Assembly: GCF_004010195.1 (NCBI RefSeq)
Contig: NC_057711.1
Span: forward strand, 73,365,894-73,415,397
DNA length: 49,504 nucleotides
Reading direction: 5' to 3'
Source of the DNA: Chiloscyllium plagiosum
Lineage: Eukaryota
Shown: piece after piece, positions 1-12,418 of the stretch
How the letters are laid out: every line of letters starts with the position of its first letter
Position numbering within the stretch: position 1 is the first letter of the stretch
Made by a program: the position numbers and the translations under genes
Notes under the pieces: generated by a model
What the model was told of the DNA's origin: nothing
What the model saw: the letters and a program-made list of their open reading frames with translations, nothing else
The model's database searches: none

Positions 1-118
1 TTGCCAAAGTAAATGTAACTTTTTGGGGCACACTGTCGGGCAAGGAAAAGTAGCCCCCAGAAAAGTAAAGTAAGAACTGTGATGGATTTCCAGTGCCAAA
101 GACAAAAGGAGAGATTGT
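1..118 (+). pseudogene. Fragment of a Gypsy (Gmr1-like) reverse transcriptase, cut by the window edge
   Basis: Translates with frameshifts to AKVNVTF-GHTVGQGKVAPRKVK...FPVPKTKGEI, parallel to FAKTQVKFLGYVIERGQMA in the Gypsy RT at ~16966-17020. Confidence 0.6.
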
Positions 119-1372
119 GGCACACAGACATGGCATTCTGCAGGCACCCAATTCATGGATTCTGCCAGAATGTGCCTTGGGGTCCTTGCTTGTTGCCTTA
201 ATGCTTATTTATTTTGCACTTGCCTGAAAGTTCAAAGCCACTCTCCTTGCCTTGCCTTTTTGCAATTTGTCCCCCTAGTCAGAGCTTAATGGGGGCTCAG
301 AGTACTCCCGTTTTGCCTTGCTGTTTAACACAGGTAGAAAGTCAGACAGCTTGTCATAGTTGTCAGCAGTCATCAGTCAAGGGGATGGAGGTGTTGCTGC
401 ACTGCACTGTGCTATGCCAATCTCATGCCCACCAGCATATGCCAGCAGCATAAATAACACACACATTGCTACAAGACCATTTGTTTGATGCATGTGCAAA
501 GTCTAATGGAAGCAGTCTTCAGGTCAAGCCACGGGAGATGGCCTTCAGTCAGGAGGTTCCAACACAGTAAGTCATGGGAATCATTTGATAACTGATCAGG
601 GACTTGCACATTGTTAATTAGGGTGTCCAGTGCCAAGGGTTCCATATCATTTCAATCCAGAAGTGGACCAGGGTCAATCATACAGGTCCAGTGCAGCCAA
701 CCTAGGCATTCAGGTTATGAGTGTTAGGGAGCTGTGAAAAGATCAGTCAACTGGGGTTCTCTGTCCAAGTCAATGAGGAGGATGGGGTTCAACTCAATGA
801 AAGTCAAAGGGATTACCAGAGCCGTTGCTGTGGTAGGAAAATTGGGGGAATAAATTTGGGGACTGGAGGCAGTGTACTGGGATTTAGAGGGGACACCAAT
901 GGTGATGGGGTGGGGTGGGGGCAACCCAGTTTAAGATGACAAGGGTAGATGACAGTGCATGAAGGGGTACGGTGAGGGGGTCAGAGGAACACAACCACTT
1001 TGATGGTTGATTTGTTACCTTTTGATTTTTTAAAATATCATCTCTGAAGAGTGGTGTTGTCTTTTATTTTGTGCGAATGTGTTTGTTTTGGATAAAAAGG
1101 AGGTATAGTTCTAACTCCAGATTGTAACTTAGTTGTCAACCAGTTTCACTACTAGTTTTTTAGAAACAAGGTTGGTTTTATAATAAACTGTATAATTTGA
1201 GATCATGAAAGAAACCTGGTGAAAGTCTATTATTCTGGATGGCACAACCAATTAGCCATTTTGGCAACTGAGTCAAAAGATTCATTCTGACTTAGAAGTG
1301 ATTAGCACCGCATGCCTCCTACTCCAGTCATAACAGTAAGGATATTTCTAGGATAAAAAGAATAGCATGAAC

Positions 1373-1460
1373 AAAAACAAAAATTGCTGGAAAAACTCAA
1401 CCGCATCTGTGGAGAGAAATCAGAGTTAACATTTCAGGTCGAGCGACCCTTCTTCAGAAC
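1373..1460 (-). mobile_element. ~88 bp PLE-derived mini-element with hammerhead motif
   Basis: Minus strand reads GTT-CTGAAGA-AGGGTCGCTCGACCT-GAAA-TGTT-AAC; flanked by direct repeat AGCATGAAC (1364-1372, 1461-1469); similar to 8730-8827. Confidence 0.7.
1425..1460 (-). ncRNA. Minimal type I hammerhead ribozyme motif (CpG-decayed stem III)
   Basis: CUGAAGA core, stem II GGGUC/GACCU, GAAA, GUU cleavage triplet, stem I GUU/AAC. Confidence 0.6.
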
Positions 1461-1606
1461 AGCATGAACTTGAATCCAGTTCTGATATCTGTAATGAAAT
1501 CTTTCTAACCTGTCATTTTCTCTATTGTATTATTTTCCTTATTTACATTTTACTTTGTGTTAGAAGTATATAAGCAGCCTCTTGTCAAAGTGTTCAGAAC
1601 TGACAC

Positions 1607-2280
1607 AGAATCAAAGAGTCATAGAGATAAACAGCATGGAAACAGACCCTTTGGTCCAACTTGTCTATGCTGACCAGATATCCTAAACTAATCTAGTCCC
1701 ATTTGCCAGCATTTGGACCATATCGCTATAAATTCTTCCTATTCATTTACCCATCCAGATGTCTTTTAAATGTTGTAATTGTACCAGCCTCCACCACTTC
1801 CTCTGGCACCTCGTTCCATACATGTCCCACCCTTAGTGAAAAAGTTGCCCCTTAGGTCCCTTTTAAATCTTTCCCCTGTCATCTTAAACCAATGCCCTCT
1901 CGTTTTGGGCCCCCCTACTCTGGAGAAAAGAAGACATTGGCTATTCACCTTATCCATGCCCCTCATGATTTATAAACCTCTATAAGGTCACCCCTCTGCC
2001 TCTGGCACTCTAGGGAAAATAGCCCCAGTCTATTCAGCCTCTCTCTACAGCTCAAAGCCTTCAACCCTGGCAACATCCTTGTTAACTTGAAAGGGTGCAG
2101 AAAAGATTTAACAACTTCTTTCCTACAGCAGAGAGATCAGAATTGCATGTAGTATTCCAAAAGTGGTCTAACCAATATCTTGTACAATCACAACATGACA
2201 TCCCCATTCCTATACTCAATGCACTGACCAATAAAGACAAGCGTACTAAATGCCTTCTTCACTATTCTGTCCACCTGTGG
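1607..2280 (-). mobile_element. CR1-clade LINE 3' fragment (HER1-like)
   Basis: ORF 1766..1966 (-) TRGHWFKMTGERFKRDLRGNFFT is a CR1 ORF2 C-terminal motif; 3' tail matches the copies at 2535-3118, 30500-31140 and 43032-43495. Confidence 0.9.
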
Positions 2281-2534
2281 CTCCAAAAGGTTAGAATCAA
2301 ATAAGCCAGGTTGCACTCTAAGATATGACTTGTCCACTATTAACATCACCTTAGATCCTAACACTTTCCAACCCAGTTCAGATCCTGGACCAGATTTTCC
2401 AAAACCTTGAAAGACTATTCAAAGAAAATGATAGTTTTGAGATTGAGAAAGATCTCACCTTACAATCAACCTTCACAGGCAGCTTATTGCAACTTATTCA
2501 TTAATTTATCAATACAAGAAAGCCATGGATCAAT

Positions 2535-3118
2535 ATTGGCAGGGTTGGAGGATTTGAGCTATAGGGAGAGACTGAACAGGCTGGGGCTGTTTTCCCTGGA
2601 GCATCGGAGGCGGAGGGGTGACCTTATAGAGGTTTACAAAATTATGAGGAGCATGGATAGGGAAAATAGGCAAAGTCTTTTCCCTGGGGTTGGGGAGTTC
2701 AGAACTAGAGGGCATAGGTTTAGGGTGAGAGGGGAAAGATATAAAAGAGACCCACAGGNNNNNNNNNNNNNNNNNNNNNNNNNNNNNNNNNNNNNNNNNN
2801 NNNNNNNNNNNNNNNNNNNNNNNNNNNNNNNNNNNNNNNNNNNNNNNNNNNNNNNNNNNNNNNNNNNNNNNNNNNNNNNNNNNNNNNNNNNNNNNNNNNN
2901 NNNNNNNNNNNNNNNNNNNNNGAATGAGCTGCCAGAGGAAGTGGTGGAGGCTGGTACAATTGCAACATTTAAGAGGCATTTGGATGGGTATATGAATAGG
3001 AAGGGTTTGGAGGGATACGGGCCGGGTGCTGGCAGGTGGGACTAGATTGGGTTGGTATATCTGGTCGGCATGGATGTGATGGACTGAAGGGTCTGTTTCC
3101 ATGCTGTACATCTCTATG
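2535..3118 (+). mobile_element. CR1-clade LINE 3' fragment (HER1-like), interrupted by N-gap 2759-2921
   Basis: LSYRERLNRLGLFSLEHRRRRGDLIEVYKI...TRGHRF...NELPEEVVEAGTIATFKRHLD in ORF 2407..3045; conserved 3' UTR. Confidence 0.92.
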
Positions 3119-3119
3119 A

Positions 3120-3245
3120 CAAAAGCAAAGTACTACAGATGCTGAAAACCTGAATTAGAAACAAAAATGATGGAAATGCTTAGCTCAGGCAGCATTTATG
3201 GACAGAAATAGTTATTATTTCCAATAGATAACCTTTCATCAGAAG
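3120..3245 (-). mobile_element. Degenerate PLE-derived mini-element (HHR remnant)
   Basis: Same layout as 1373-1460 (cagatgctg...ggcagcat...); minus strand begins TTCTGATGAAAGG. Confidence 0.5.
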
Positions 3246-3709
3246 AGTCACCTGGCTAAGAGTTTCCAATGCTTACAATAGGCTTTGACTAGCACCAGCT
3301 TGAATTTTCACATCAAAAGTATCTTTGGATCCTCAAAATTGAAATTTGATAAATGTGTACGATGTCCTCAGATAATAGAAATATTGATGTTAAAAAGAAT
3401 GGGTAATGAGTTACTTGATGTGGCATATCCAGAAGACTGCTACTTTTCATCCACACACAGCATGATTCAGAATAGTATAACCACCAAAGGCTGTTTGATG
3501 TGTTTGCCTTGAGGTAATCAGGTTTACAGATTACTTTGTTTGTAAAAGCATTTGTATAAACACAATTTCATTATTTCTAACAACTACAGAAATACACACA
3601 ATAATGTAATTGTGTGATAAATGAAACCTGATAAATGAAATTAGCCTTCGGTTCAATGATTTCAGCACTATAGTTAGAACTATCAAACCAAATTCTATGA
3701 TTCTGGTTT

Positions 3710-4690
3710 GATAGAACTTGGGAACCCAAGAACAGAAGCAGGCCATTCGGCCACTCATGGTTGCCCTGCTATTCAATATGATCATGTTAGATCAAATACT
3801 TCAATTCCTTTTACTGACTCTATGCCCATAACCCTGCATACCACTTGTAGTCAGAAATATATCAATCTCTAGCTTAAACACACTCAAAAACTGAGCCTCC
3901 ACATTCCGTGGCATAGAATTCCAAAGGTCACAACTTTTGGAGTAAAAATTCTGCTAATCTCAGATCTATGTGGCTTCCCCCTTACTTTTAAACTGCGCTT
4001 CCTGATTGTAGATTTCCGAACCAAGAGAAACATCTTACCTGCATTTACTCTGTCTCACCCTTTAAGCTTTAATGTGAACACTTGTCGTTCATTGAAACTC
4101 TACAGAATGCAGGTCCGGTTTGTCTAATCTTTCTTCACAGGAGAGTCCTGCCATCCGAGGAATATGTCATTGCATTCCCTCTAGGGCAATAATACCTTCC
4201 CCGAGTTAAGCCAACCCAAACCGCACACAGTATTCTAGGTGCGGTCTAACAAAGCTACTATACAATTGAGGCAAAACATCACTATTCCTGTACTCAAATC
4301 CTTTTGCAATAAAGGCTTATATTCTTTTTGCCTTTCTATTAGACTGCTGTACCTGCATATTAGCTTTCAGTGACTTATCGATAAAGACAGTGTTGTACAT
4401 CTCCATTTTCCAACCGCTTAGAACTAGTCTGCATGCTTGTTTTTTTTTCCTATCAATGTGGACAACCTCACATTATCTTCCATCTGTCATGTTCTTGCCT
4501 GTCCAAATCTTCTGTTACATCTTTCTCAAAACACACTTTCCACTTAGCTTTGCAAATCTGCAAATTTGGAAATGTTACACTTGGTTCCGATCCCCAAATC
4601 ACGAATACACATTAAGAACAGCTGCGGCACAAGTACTGATCCTGCCAACATGTAAATGACCCATTTATCCCTACCTTCTGCTTTCTCTCT
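3710..4690 (-). mobile_element. Old CR1 LINE 3' fragment (second family)
   Basis: Tail GCAGGCCATTCGGCC...ATTCAATATGATCATG matches 49068-49224; decayed ORF2 sequence follows. Confidence 0.8.
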
Positions 4691-5546
4691 GTTAGAGAAT
4701 CAGTAACAGTGCATCAGTAAGTTGATCACTTCAATGGCAGCATTCATTATTGATTCATGCTTAATTACTAATCCTGGTATTCCTAGTTGTGTCAATGACG
4801 TTAGTTTGAAATCTTGGTTTCATTTATATTTTCAACTGACTTCCAGGGGTTTTCTAGCATGAACGCCAATTGCTGTTACACTATAGATACTTCTGTAGAA
4901 CAAACTTTCCAGTTGGTTCACAGTTCTAAGCATACACAGTCATTTCTCAATGATTATGTCAAATGTCAGCATTCTTGTGCCTTCTGAGACAGATTTGAAA
5001 GTGAGCCAATTTAAACAAAGATACATTGACCAATTTGCCTACATGTTCCTGCCATCAGCTGCTGTTCTCAGGGATAGACAGGGTTCATTGTCATCAACTT
5101 ATCCTGGCACTAGCAGGAAGCCACTGGAAATATGCAATCAGGCAATATACTGCATCTTTCCACCAACAGTGTAGCAAGAATTTCAAGATAGCAGTGGTAT
5201 CATTACTGGAGACACATAGACACCAGTCACAGGTCAATACAGTGAGAATAGGTCTTCAAAATCCCACCTTAATATATGTACACACTGACTGTGCCTCAAC
5301 AAATCATGGGAGACAGCTACAGATTTGGATAACAGAGCACCAATAGTGTTAAAGGCTTTTTAAAAAATGTAATAGCACAACAATGCCAAGTCTAGTCTGC
5401 TGTTGATAGAGGACTGCCACTGCCTGCCTAGCTTTGGAAGTCTGATGGGTATGATTTTCCAATTTGTTTTTAAAGCATGCTGTTGGACACCCACCACCAC
5501 CAAGAAACCCCATCAGATCAAGTGCCTATTAGGCAACACTGCCATT

Positions 5547-5691
5547 AGTAAAGTTGCCCTAGTCTTCCCAGACATTAGTGCTGTGCTTTCATTAGAGAGA
5601 GATGATTGGTGGTGGTTTCACCTAAGAGTCACCATGCCTCAGGTGAGTGGAGAGGTCGACAAAGTCAGTCTTGCACAGTAACCTCAGCCAG
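5547..5691 (-). mobile_element. Fragment of a SINE-like interspersed repeat
   Basis: Homologous to 35555-35665 and, inverted, 36028-36190 (TGGTGGTGGTT...GTCACCATGCCTCAGGTGAG). Confidence 0.65.
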
Positions 5692-6177
5692 CATCTAAGT
5701 GATCAATGAGCAGGTTTTTCAACACATTACTCCCTGGGACAATGACCGCCAACTAGCTTAAGGATGGGCAGAGGCCAACAGCTGCTATGAGCGACAGTGT
5801 CACCACAGGCACTACCTTCTCTCTCACTCACATGGTGCTTTGTGGACCTACGGTTCAGGTGCAGCAACAATTTCTGGAACCAGAAGTCAGTGTATCAGCA
5901 AGCCGATGCTGAAGCTGCACCTACACAGCAATGCTGAATCCCTGAAGTGGTAGGCGAGGAGATCAAGGAAGGTGGGGTTGAAGGGGAGATGGAGCTCGGG
6001 GAGGTTGAAGGTAAGAGCTGGAGGCACCTTTCAGCAATGAACCAACCAAACCCAGCAGGCAGCTGCTCGATTTCACCAGTAGGCAAAGCTGACACTGCTC
6101 TTTTTGTTAAGTCAACCTGTGCAGACATGTCATGACATACCTCTAGAGTAGCTGGGACTATTGGGCCTCCTGGCTCA

Positions 6178-6395
6178 GAGATTAGATTAGATTAGATTAC
6201 TCACAGTGTGGAAACAGGTCCTTCGACCCAACAAGTCTACACCGACCCGCCAAAGTGTAACCCACCCAGACCCATTCCCCTATATTTACCCCTTCATCTA
6301 ACACTATGGGCAACTTAGCATGGCCAATTTACCTAACCTGCACATTTTTGGATTGTGGGAGGAAACCGGAGCGACCAGAGGAAACCCACGCAGAC
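6178..6395 (-). mobile_element. 5'-truncated HE1-like SINE with (ATTAG)n tail
   Basis: Reverse complement of the 3' two-thirds of 39679-39984; (ATTAG)x3-4 at 6178-6198. Confidence 0.85.
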
Positions 6396-6799
6396 AAAAG
6401 ATAGGAACATTACCACCATGCCACAAAGGCTTATAAGCATGAAGGGCTGGAAACCAGCCATGTTGCCTAGTATGAGGATTGAATTAGCAATGTTGGTGTG
6501 ATTAGCACCACCCTCTAACCATCTGAGATGACCAGCCATCACCTACCACTCTTCTTGCCTGTTGGGAACAGAGGTAATTGCATCGGCAGTGTGAAGAGTT
6601 AAGTGGTTGTTAATTGATCACTTAATTGGCAGTGGTTTGGGAAGGTTTACCATGGAGTCCTCCTGCCCACCAGAGGTGAATTGCTGAAATGTCGGCCATG
6701 GGGTGGGCACTTTCCCTGATGATGATGACAACCCATTGGAATATTTGCCCTTTCCAATATTTATTCTGTCACTTCACAGAGGAGAAAATTCTTCCTGAC

Positions 6800-7122
6800 A
6801 TTCGATTCCCTACATGTGGATACATGCCATTTGTCCGAACAAGTCCATGCCGACCCTCCGAAGAGTAACCTATCCCAGACTCATTTCCCTACATTTACCC
6901 CTGCCAAATGCACTAACACTCTGGACAATTTAGCATGACCAATTCACCTGACCTTCACATATTTTGAAATGTGGGAGGAAACTGGAGCGCCCGGAGGATA
7001 CCCATGCAGACATGGGTATAAACGTGCAAACTCCACACAGACAGTCACGCGAGGTGGGAATCGAACCCGGGTCCCTGGCTCTGTGAGGCAACAGTGCTAA
7101 CTGCTGAGCCACCGTACCACCC
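6800..7122 (-). mobile_element. HE1-like tRNA-derived SINE, full length
   Basis: Minus strand has A box TGGCTCAGCAGTTAG and B box GGTTCGATTCCC; central domain GTGTGGAGTTTGCAC. Confidence 0.88.
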
Positions 7123-7441
7123 CAAATGTGACATCTGATAGTAATGGGCTTAATACTGTAGCAACTGATCCAGTCTGATTGATTGTGCTTCCATTGCGCC
7201 TGTCCACTGTAGCTGCAGACAACAGGGAAAGCCTACTGGCTGCTGTTGCAATGGAGCTACTGACCAATCACACTTGCCATATGGCTGCCTGCTGTACAAA
7301 TAGCTGGGCGAAGCAATAGATGGGCCCGTAAGTACTCGCTGACTTGGAAATTGAACTGGAAACTATGCTGTGCTGCTAAGAATGGTCCTCCAAAAATGCT
7401 CCTCACAGCTACAGATTTTCTACAACCACAGAATACTGTCT

Positions 7442-8414
7442 GGTGCATTTTGAGAAGATTTGTAGCTCAGGTTGAGGTTCTGGATGCAAACTTGCTCGCT
7501 GAGCTGGAATGTTCACTTTCAGAGGCTTTGTCACCTTGGGTGAAGCACTGGTGATATGGCCTGCTTTTTATTTATGCGTTTAGGTTTCCTTGGGTTGGTG
7601 ATGTAATTTCCTGTTATTTTTCTCAGCTGTGGTAAATGGGATCCAAGTCAATGTGTTTATTGATAGAGTTCCAGTTGGAGTGCCATGCTTCTAGGAATTC
7701 TTGCATGTGTCACTGTTGGCTTGTCCGAGGTTGAAAGTGTTGTCCCAGTTGAAGTGGTGTCCTTCCTCATCTGTATGTAAAGATACTAGTGAGAGTGGGT
7801 CATGTCTTTTGTGGCTAGTTGATGGTCATGTATCCTGGTGGCTAGTATTCTGCCTGGGTTTGCTAGAGAAGCCCAATTAAGGAGACAATACACATCCAGA
7901 AACCCTAGCCATTCTCCCTCACATCAAAGACATCTCATAAATGACTGCCAGACTACTCAGATCTCTTGGCATCATGGTAGCCCAGAAACCCACCTACACA
8001 CTAAAACAGTAGCTAATGAACTTGAAAGTAATCTAATCTAATGTAATCTAATCTAATGCCATCTACAAAATACTGTGCAAGAACTGTAACAAACACTACA
8101 TTGGACAAACAGGCAGAAAACTAGCCACCAGGATACATGAACATCAATTAGCCACAAAAAGACATGACCCACTCTCACTAGTATTTTTACATACAAATGA
8201 AGAAGGGCACCACTTCGACTGGGACAACACATCCATCCTAAAAAGAACAGGAAATTAGATCACCACAGGAAATGATGTCACCAACCCAAGGAACCTAGAC
8301 ACACAAAAAGTGGGCCATATCACCAGTGCTTCACTGGAGGCTCACTGATGTTACCTAGTTTGGTGACGAAGCGTCTGAAAACGAACCTTCCAGCTCAACG
8401 AGCAAACCGACATC
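7442..8414. mobile_element. Head-to-head inverted pair of Penelope-like element 3' ends
   Basis: 7478-7862 is largely the reverse complement of 8105-8418; flanked by 13-bp direct repeat CAGAATACTGTCT (7429-7441, 8415-8427); degenerate HHR at ~8341-8378. Confidence 0.85.
8057..8240 (+). pseudogene. GIY-YIG endonuclease fragment of a Penelope-like element
   Basis: Translates AIYKILCKNCNKHYIGQTGRKLATRIHEHQLATKRHDPLSLVFLHTNEEGHHFDWDNTSIL (IY-x-CxxC-YIGQT-R-EH). Confidence 0.88.
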
Positions 8415-8729
8415 CAGAATACTGTCTCTTAGTGAATTCAGCACTCTGATTATCATAATAAATTTGCCGAGAATAAAATATTTGTGTTAATAAAGTTGAT
8501 CAAGTCTCAAATGTAAACAATATATAATTACTTTGAAGTGTTCTTGCTGCACAGTGGTATTGTGGGTCCAGATGTTTCCCTGGGTTGTCATTGCAGCATC
8601 AGCTGTAAATCATTTTCCCTCAACTCCCTGGATGTAATTAATTTTAAAAGTCTGAGTTCAGGTAGCAATAAGGTCAGCTGTTGTCTTGTGCCAAAGTTTT
8701 AAAACTTGGTCCCAACTTTGAATAAGTTT

Positions 8730-8827
8730 CAACAACAGAAATTGCTGGGAAAACTCAGCAGGTCTGGCAGCATCTGTGGAGAGAAATCAGAGTTAATGAG
8801 TTGGGTCAAGTGAGTCTTCCTCAGAAC
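8730..8827 (-). mobile_element. PLE-derived mini-element, degenerate HHR
   Basis: Close match to 1373-1460 (ATTGCTGG...GCATCTGTGGAGAGAAATCAGAGTTAA...TCAGAAC). Confidence 0.65.
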
Positions 8828-9109
8828 CCAGAGTGAAGAATCTTTCAGTTTTTATTTCAAAAAGTCTTTATTTCCTTAAGCATGCCACAGGGTCTTGACC
8901 CAATAAGTTCAACAGGACATCCCATCCCCTCACTCACCATCTACTTCATTTTATCTTAAATTTAAGGAAAACAATTAGACGTCCACTTGATAAAATCCAG
9001 CTTTCGTAACAGCTATGAAATAAATAACCAATTAATTAAGTTTGATCATAGGAGAATTGTTAGCTGGGGCACTTTAAGACCACAGTATTCTTCTAGAATA
9101 CCATTCAAT

Positions 9110-9497
9110 GTCAAATCCTACACTGAAGACTTGAGCAAATAGTATTGCAATGTAGCATGGAAGGAATACTGCATTGTCAGAGCAGTTGGCTTTCAAGTGA
9201 AAAGTTCAACAGAATCCCTTCTAGACATTCTCAAGTGTAGGTAGAGATCTCATTTAATCAAAGAGAAGGCAAGCATTCCATGTATTCTGACCAATCTTTA
9301 CCCTTCACTAGCATAATTGGAAAAAAAATTGTGATATCTTATTACAGTCTATGGAATCTTGCTGAGCAACCATTAGCTGCTACATTTCTCTACTCTGCAA
9401 CAATGGTGACGCTGTAAAAACCCTTAATGAGCTGTGAAGTGTTTTACCACATCACAAAGCCATGGGAGATACGACATGAAAGTAAAGTCTTCTTTCC
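9110..9497 (+). mobile_element. Old DeuSINE (SacSINE1/AmnSINE1-like)
   Basis: Degenerate Deu-domain-like core and tail (CTTGCTG...TAGCTGC...TTTC...GCTGTGAAGTGTTTT...AAGTCTTCTTTC), recalled from the family consensus; similar to 25430-25830. Confidence 0.6.
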
Positions 9498-9544
9498 TTA
9501 AACTATGTCATGTGATCATCAGTTGTCACATAATCACCCAGCAG

Positions 9545-10975
9545 ACCATAGAACCTTAGAAAAGTTACAATAAGACAGACGCTATTCAGTCAACTTGTCT
9601 GTCCCAGGTGAATAAATTGTTCATTCTAATCCTACTTACCTGGTGAATAGCCTTGCAGGTTACAGTGCTTCAGGCACATCAAGGTTTCCTTTAAATGAGT
9701 TGCTAGTTTCCACCTTAACCACCAAACTGGGCAGTAAATTCCAGGCAAACACTACCTTATGGAGTGAGAAATTATTTCCTCCCCTACCTACGTAAGCCTT
9801 CTGGCAATCACCCTAAACCTGCTCCTGGTGGTTGACCTCTCCACTAGGAGAGGCAGGTCTTCCTGGGATATTCAAGGCCCACATTCAAGGCCTTAAGTCA
9901 CTCTTCAGCCTCCTCTCTTCTAAGGAAAACAATCCCAGCCTATCTAATCTTTCCTCATTGCTGCTATTTTCAAGCCTTGACAATATTCTTGTAAATCCCT
10001 TCTGTACTCTCACTAAAGCATTGATGAACTTCCTGTAATGTGACCAGAACTGTGTGCCAAACTCAAGCTGTGGCCTAACTAGTGCCTTGTATACTTTCAG
10101 CTTTATATCTTGTTGTTTGATTCTATATCTCAAACAATGAAGGAAAGCATCCCATCTGCCTTCGAGATGTCATGTTTACCTTTCTTACTAACCTTTAGGA
10201 CCTGTGGGCATGTACTCTAAGGTTTCTCACTTCCATCCTGTAGTGATTGGAACCAGGTAAATTATATTGACCGAGACCCTTGATTGGGGTCGTTAACCTG
10301 GGCCAGTCAGGGAGCCCTGGCTGACAGATATAAACAGGGGATTCAGAATCTTCTTACATCAGGGACTGACTCCAAGCAGGCCTAGCACAGTCATGTAAAT
10401 AATGGGCAACTTGGTGAATGGATACTGGCCTCTGTGTAGTTATTTCATATCCCATTCAATCAGTCTTCCCCTGTTATTGTTTAGACTCCTTAACCTTGTC
10501 CTTCTTGAGCTTGGAAAAATGTCAAATGAAATGCACTGACTCTTTCAGTCAACAACTATCAACTTCACATTCAACTATCCAGCAAATTTTTGAGTTGTCT
10601 GGAAATTTCGAAATCATGCCTCCCACATTTAATTTTAAATCATTAACATATACAACAAACTGCAAGGGACACAACATTGGAACATTAGTGGAAACTGATT
10701 TCCATTCACACACACAAAAAAAATCCGTCAACCATTACTTTTTGTTTCCTGTTGCTGAGCTAACTTTAGACCAAACTCACCACATGCTTGTGTATTATAT
10801 GGCCTTTTCCTTTTTTGACCAGCCTGTCATGTTGGGCCTTGTGATATGCCTCACAAAAAAATCACAAACAACATTCACTGCACCCCCTTGTTACTTGCTC
10901 AAAAAATTCAATTAAGGTAGTAAGACATGACCTTTCCTTATTAATTCATGGCTACCTCAACCCAAATCCCATTTA
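9545..10975 (-). mobile_element. Old CR1 LINE fragment split by a solo LTR
   Basis: ORF 9885..10133 (-) YKALVRPQLEFGTQFWSHY...ERLDRLGLFSLEERRL; ORF 10549..10731 (-) ISKFPDNSKI is a decayed KFADD motif. Confidence 0.85.
10239..10447 (+). mobile_element. Solo LTR (209 bp)
   Basis: TG...CA termini; 5-bp flanks CATCC/TATCC; TATA-like GATATAAA; homologous to 23824-24052. Confidence 0.75.
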
Positions 10976-11084
10976 CCTTTCACTCCTGTGCTCGCTGACC
11001 TGGTTAAGCAATGCCTTATATTGCTTAATGTGCTGACTACTTTTAGCATTTTCGGGTTTGTATATTGCTTGGTATTTGATCATG

Positions 11085-11365
11085 AAATGTGAGCATTGCA
11101 GGCCAGACAGCTATGTCTATTCCTAATTGCCCTGGAGAAGGCAGTGGTGAGCTGTCTTTTTCAACCACTGCAACAGTCCTTGAAGTACACCCAGAGTGCT
11201 GTCAAGAAGGGGGTTTCAAGATGTTGACGCAGTGACAAGGAATAGTGAGAAAGTTCAAAGACAAGATTTGAGAGTGCCTTGGAGGGAAATTTGCACCATG
11301 TGGTGTTCCCATGCAAGTGCTGCCTGTTGTCCTAGGTGGTAGAGTCACAGACTTGGAAGGGTTTT
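11085..11365 (-). mobile_element. 3' end of an old CR1-like LINE family
   Basis: Reverse complement resembles 27930-28245 and the tail of the SINE at 21410-21770. Confidence 0.6.
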
Positions 11366-11384
11366 GCTTTTTATACAACAGAAT

Positions 11385-11640
11385 TGACAAATCCCTACAG
11401 TGCAGAAAGAGGCCATTCATCCAATCAAGTCTGCACTGACCCTCCCACCCAAACCCACTCCATCCCCATAACCCCAAATTTACCATGGCTAATCGATCTA
11501 GCCTCTCACTTTGCTGAATACAACAGGGCAATTTAGCACAACCAATCACCCAAATTGCGTTGGACTGTGGGAGGTAATTGGAGCATCCAGAGGAAACCCA
11601 GACAGACACGGGGAGAAAGTGCAAACTCCACACAGTCACC
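11385..11640 (-). mobile_element. HE1-like SINE cut by the Gypsy 5' LTR
   Basis: Matches the other copies up to GCAAACTCCACACAGTCACC, then switches directly to TGTGATGATG of the LTR. Confidence 0.8.
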
Positions 11641-12281
11641 TGTGATGATGCTGTTCCTTTAGCAAGGCTGCATTGTCCTCGGTGTATTTCAAAATGGTTG
11701 TACGAGGCAGAGTTGCTGATTTGCCTGGGTTTTAGAGCCTTTAAGTAGAGCTAAGAGATTGCCTAAGGCCATAAAACAGGCATAAGGCTTTCAATCTTTT
11801 TTTAAAAAAAACCTTTGTACAATGAAAAGGGAGTGGCCAGTTTTCCCAGCTCAGTTTTTTTCTGGTTTGGTTTGCTTTGGTTTGATCAGCTGTGAGGTCA
11901 GTTGTTAGCTGGGAAAGAAACAGCTCCAAGGAAGAAGGTGTTCCATGCTGAATCTCTCTGCCATCTCTCTCTCTCCTGTAAGACCCTGTGTTTGATTTTA
12001 CCTTTTTTGCCAAGGGGTGTTTATGGGGATTTGGAACAACATCATTAAGTTGGGATAATCTGTTGGATTTTTGGATAGGTTAAGTTAATCTATACTCTGT
12101 TCTCTTTTGTGTTTCATTTGGTAATTCTGCAAATAAATATTGTTTTGTTTAACACTAAGTGGTTGGACCAGCTGCATCACTTCTGGAATATCCACTTTAC
12201 AGCTGCTTAAAACAACTAGAAAAGTTAGGATATGGACTACTTTCTTGAAATGTCTTGAGGGTTTGGGCCTGGTCCATAACA
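11641..12281 (+). repeat. 5' LTR (641 bp)
   Basis: Begins TGTGATG, ends CATAACA; first ~440 bp repeated at 17826-18279; followed by TAGGGGCCCTGGGAT, a degenerate tRNA-Pro-type PBS. Confidence 0.88.
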
Positions 12282-12418
12282 GACTAGGGGCCCTGGGATT
12301 GGCTCTACAGTTCCAATTTGGGATTAGGATTGCTGGACTCAAAGGCAGCGAGTGGTAGGTTAGTGTCTTTTGTTCTGGGTGTTGATTTTGGTTGGTTAAA
12401 ACAGTGCTTGGGATACCA

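Noticed and set aside
1010..1335. Possible LTR 3' end (AATAAA at ~1183, ending GTCATAACA like the Gmr1 LTR)
   Set aside because: No partner LTR, start or TSD could be identified.
7050..7122. tRNA-like A/B boxes (also at 37215-37285 and 39679-39750)
   Set aside because: These are SINE heads continuous with SINE bodies, not tRNA genes.
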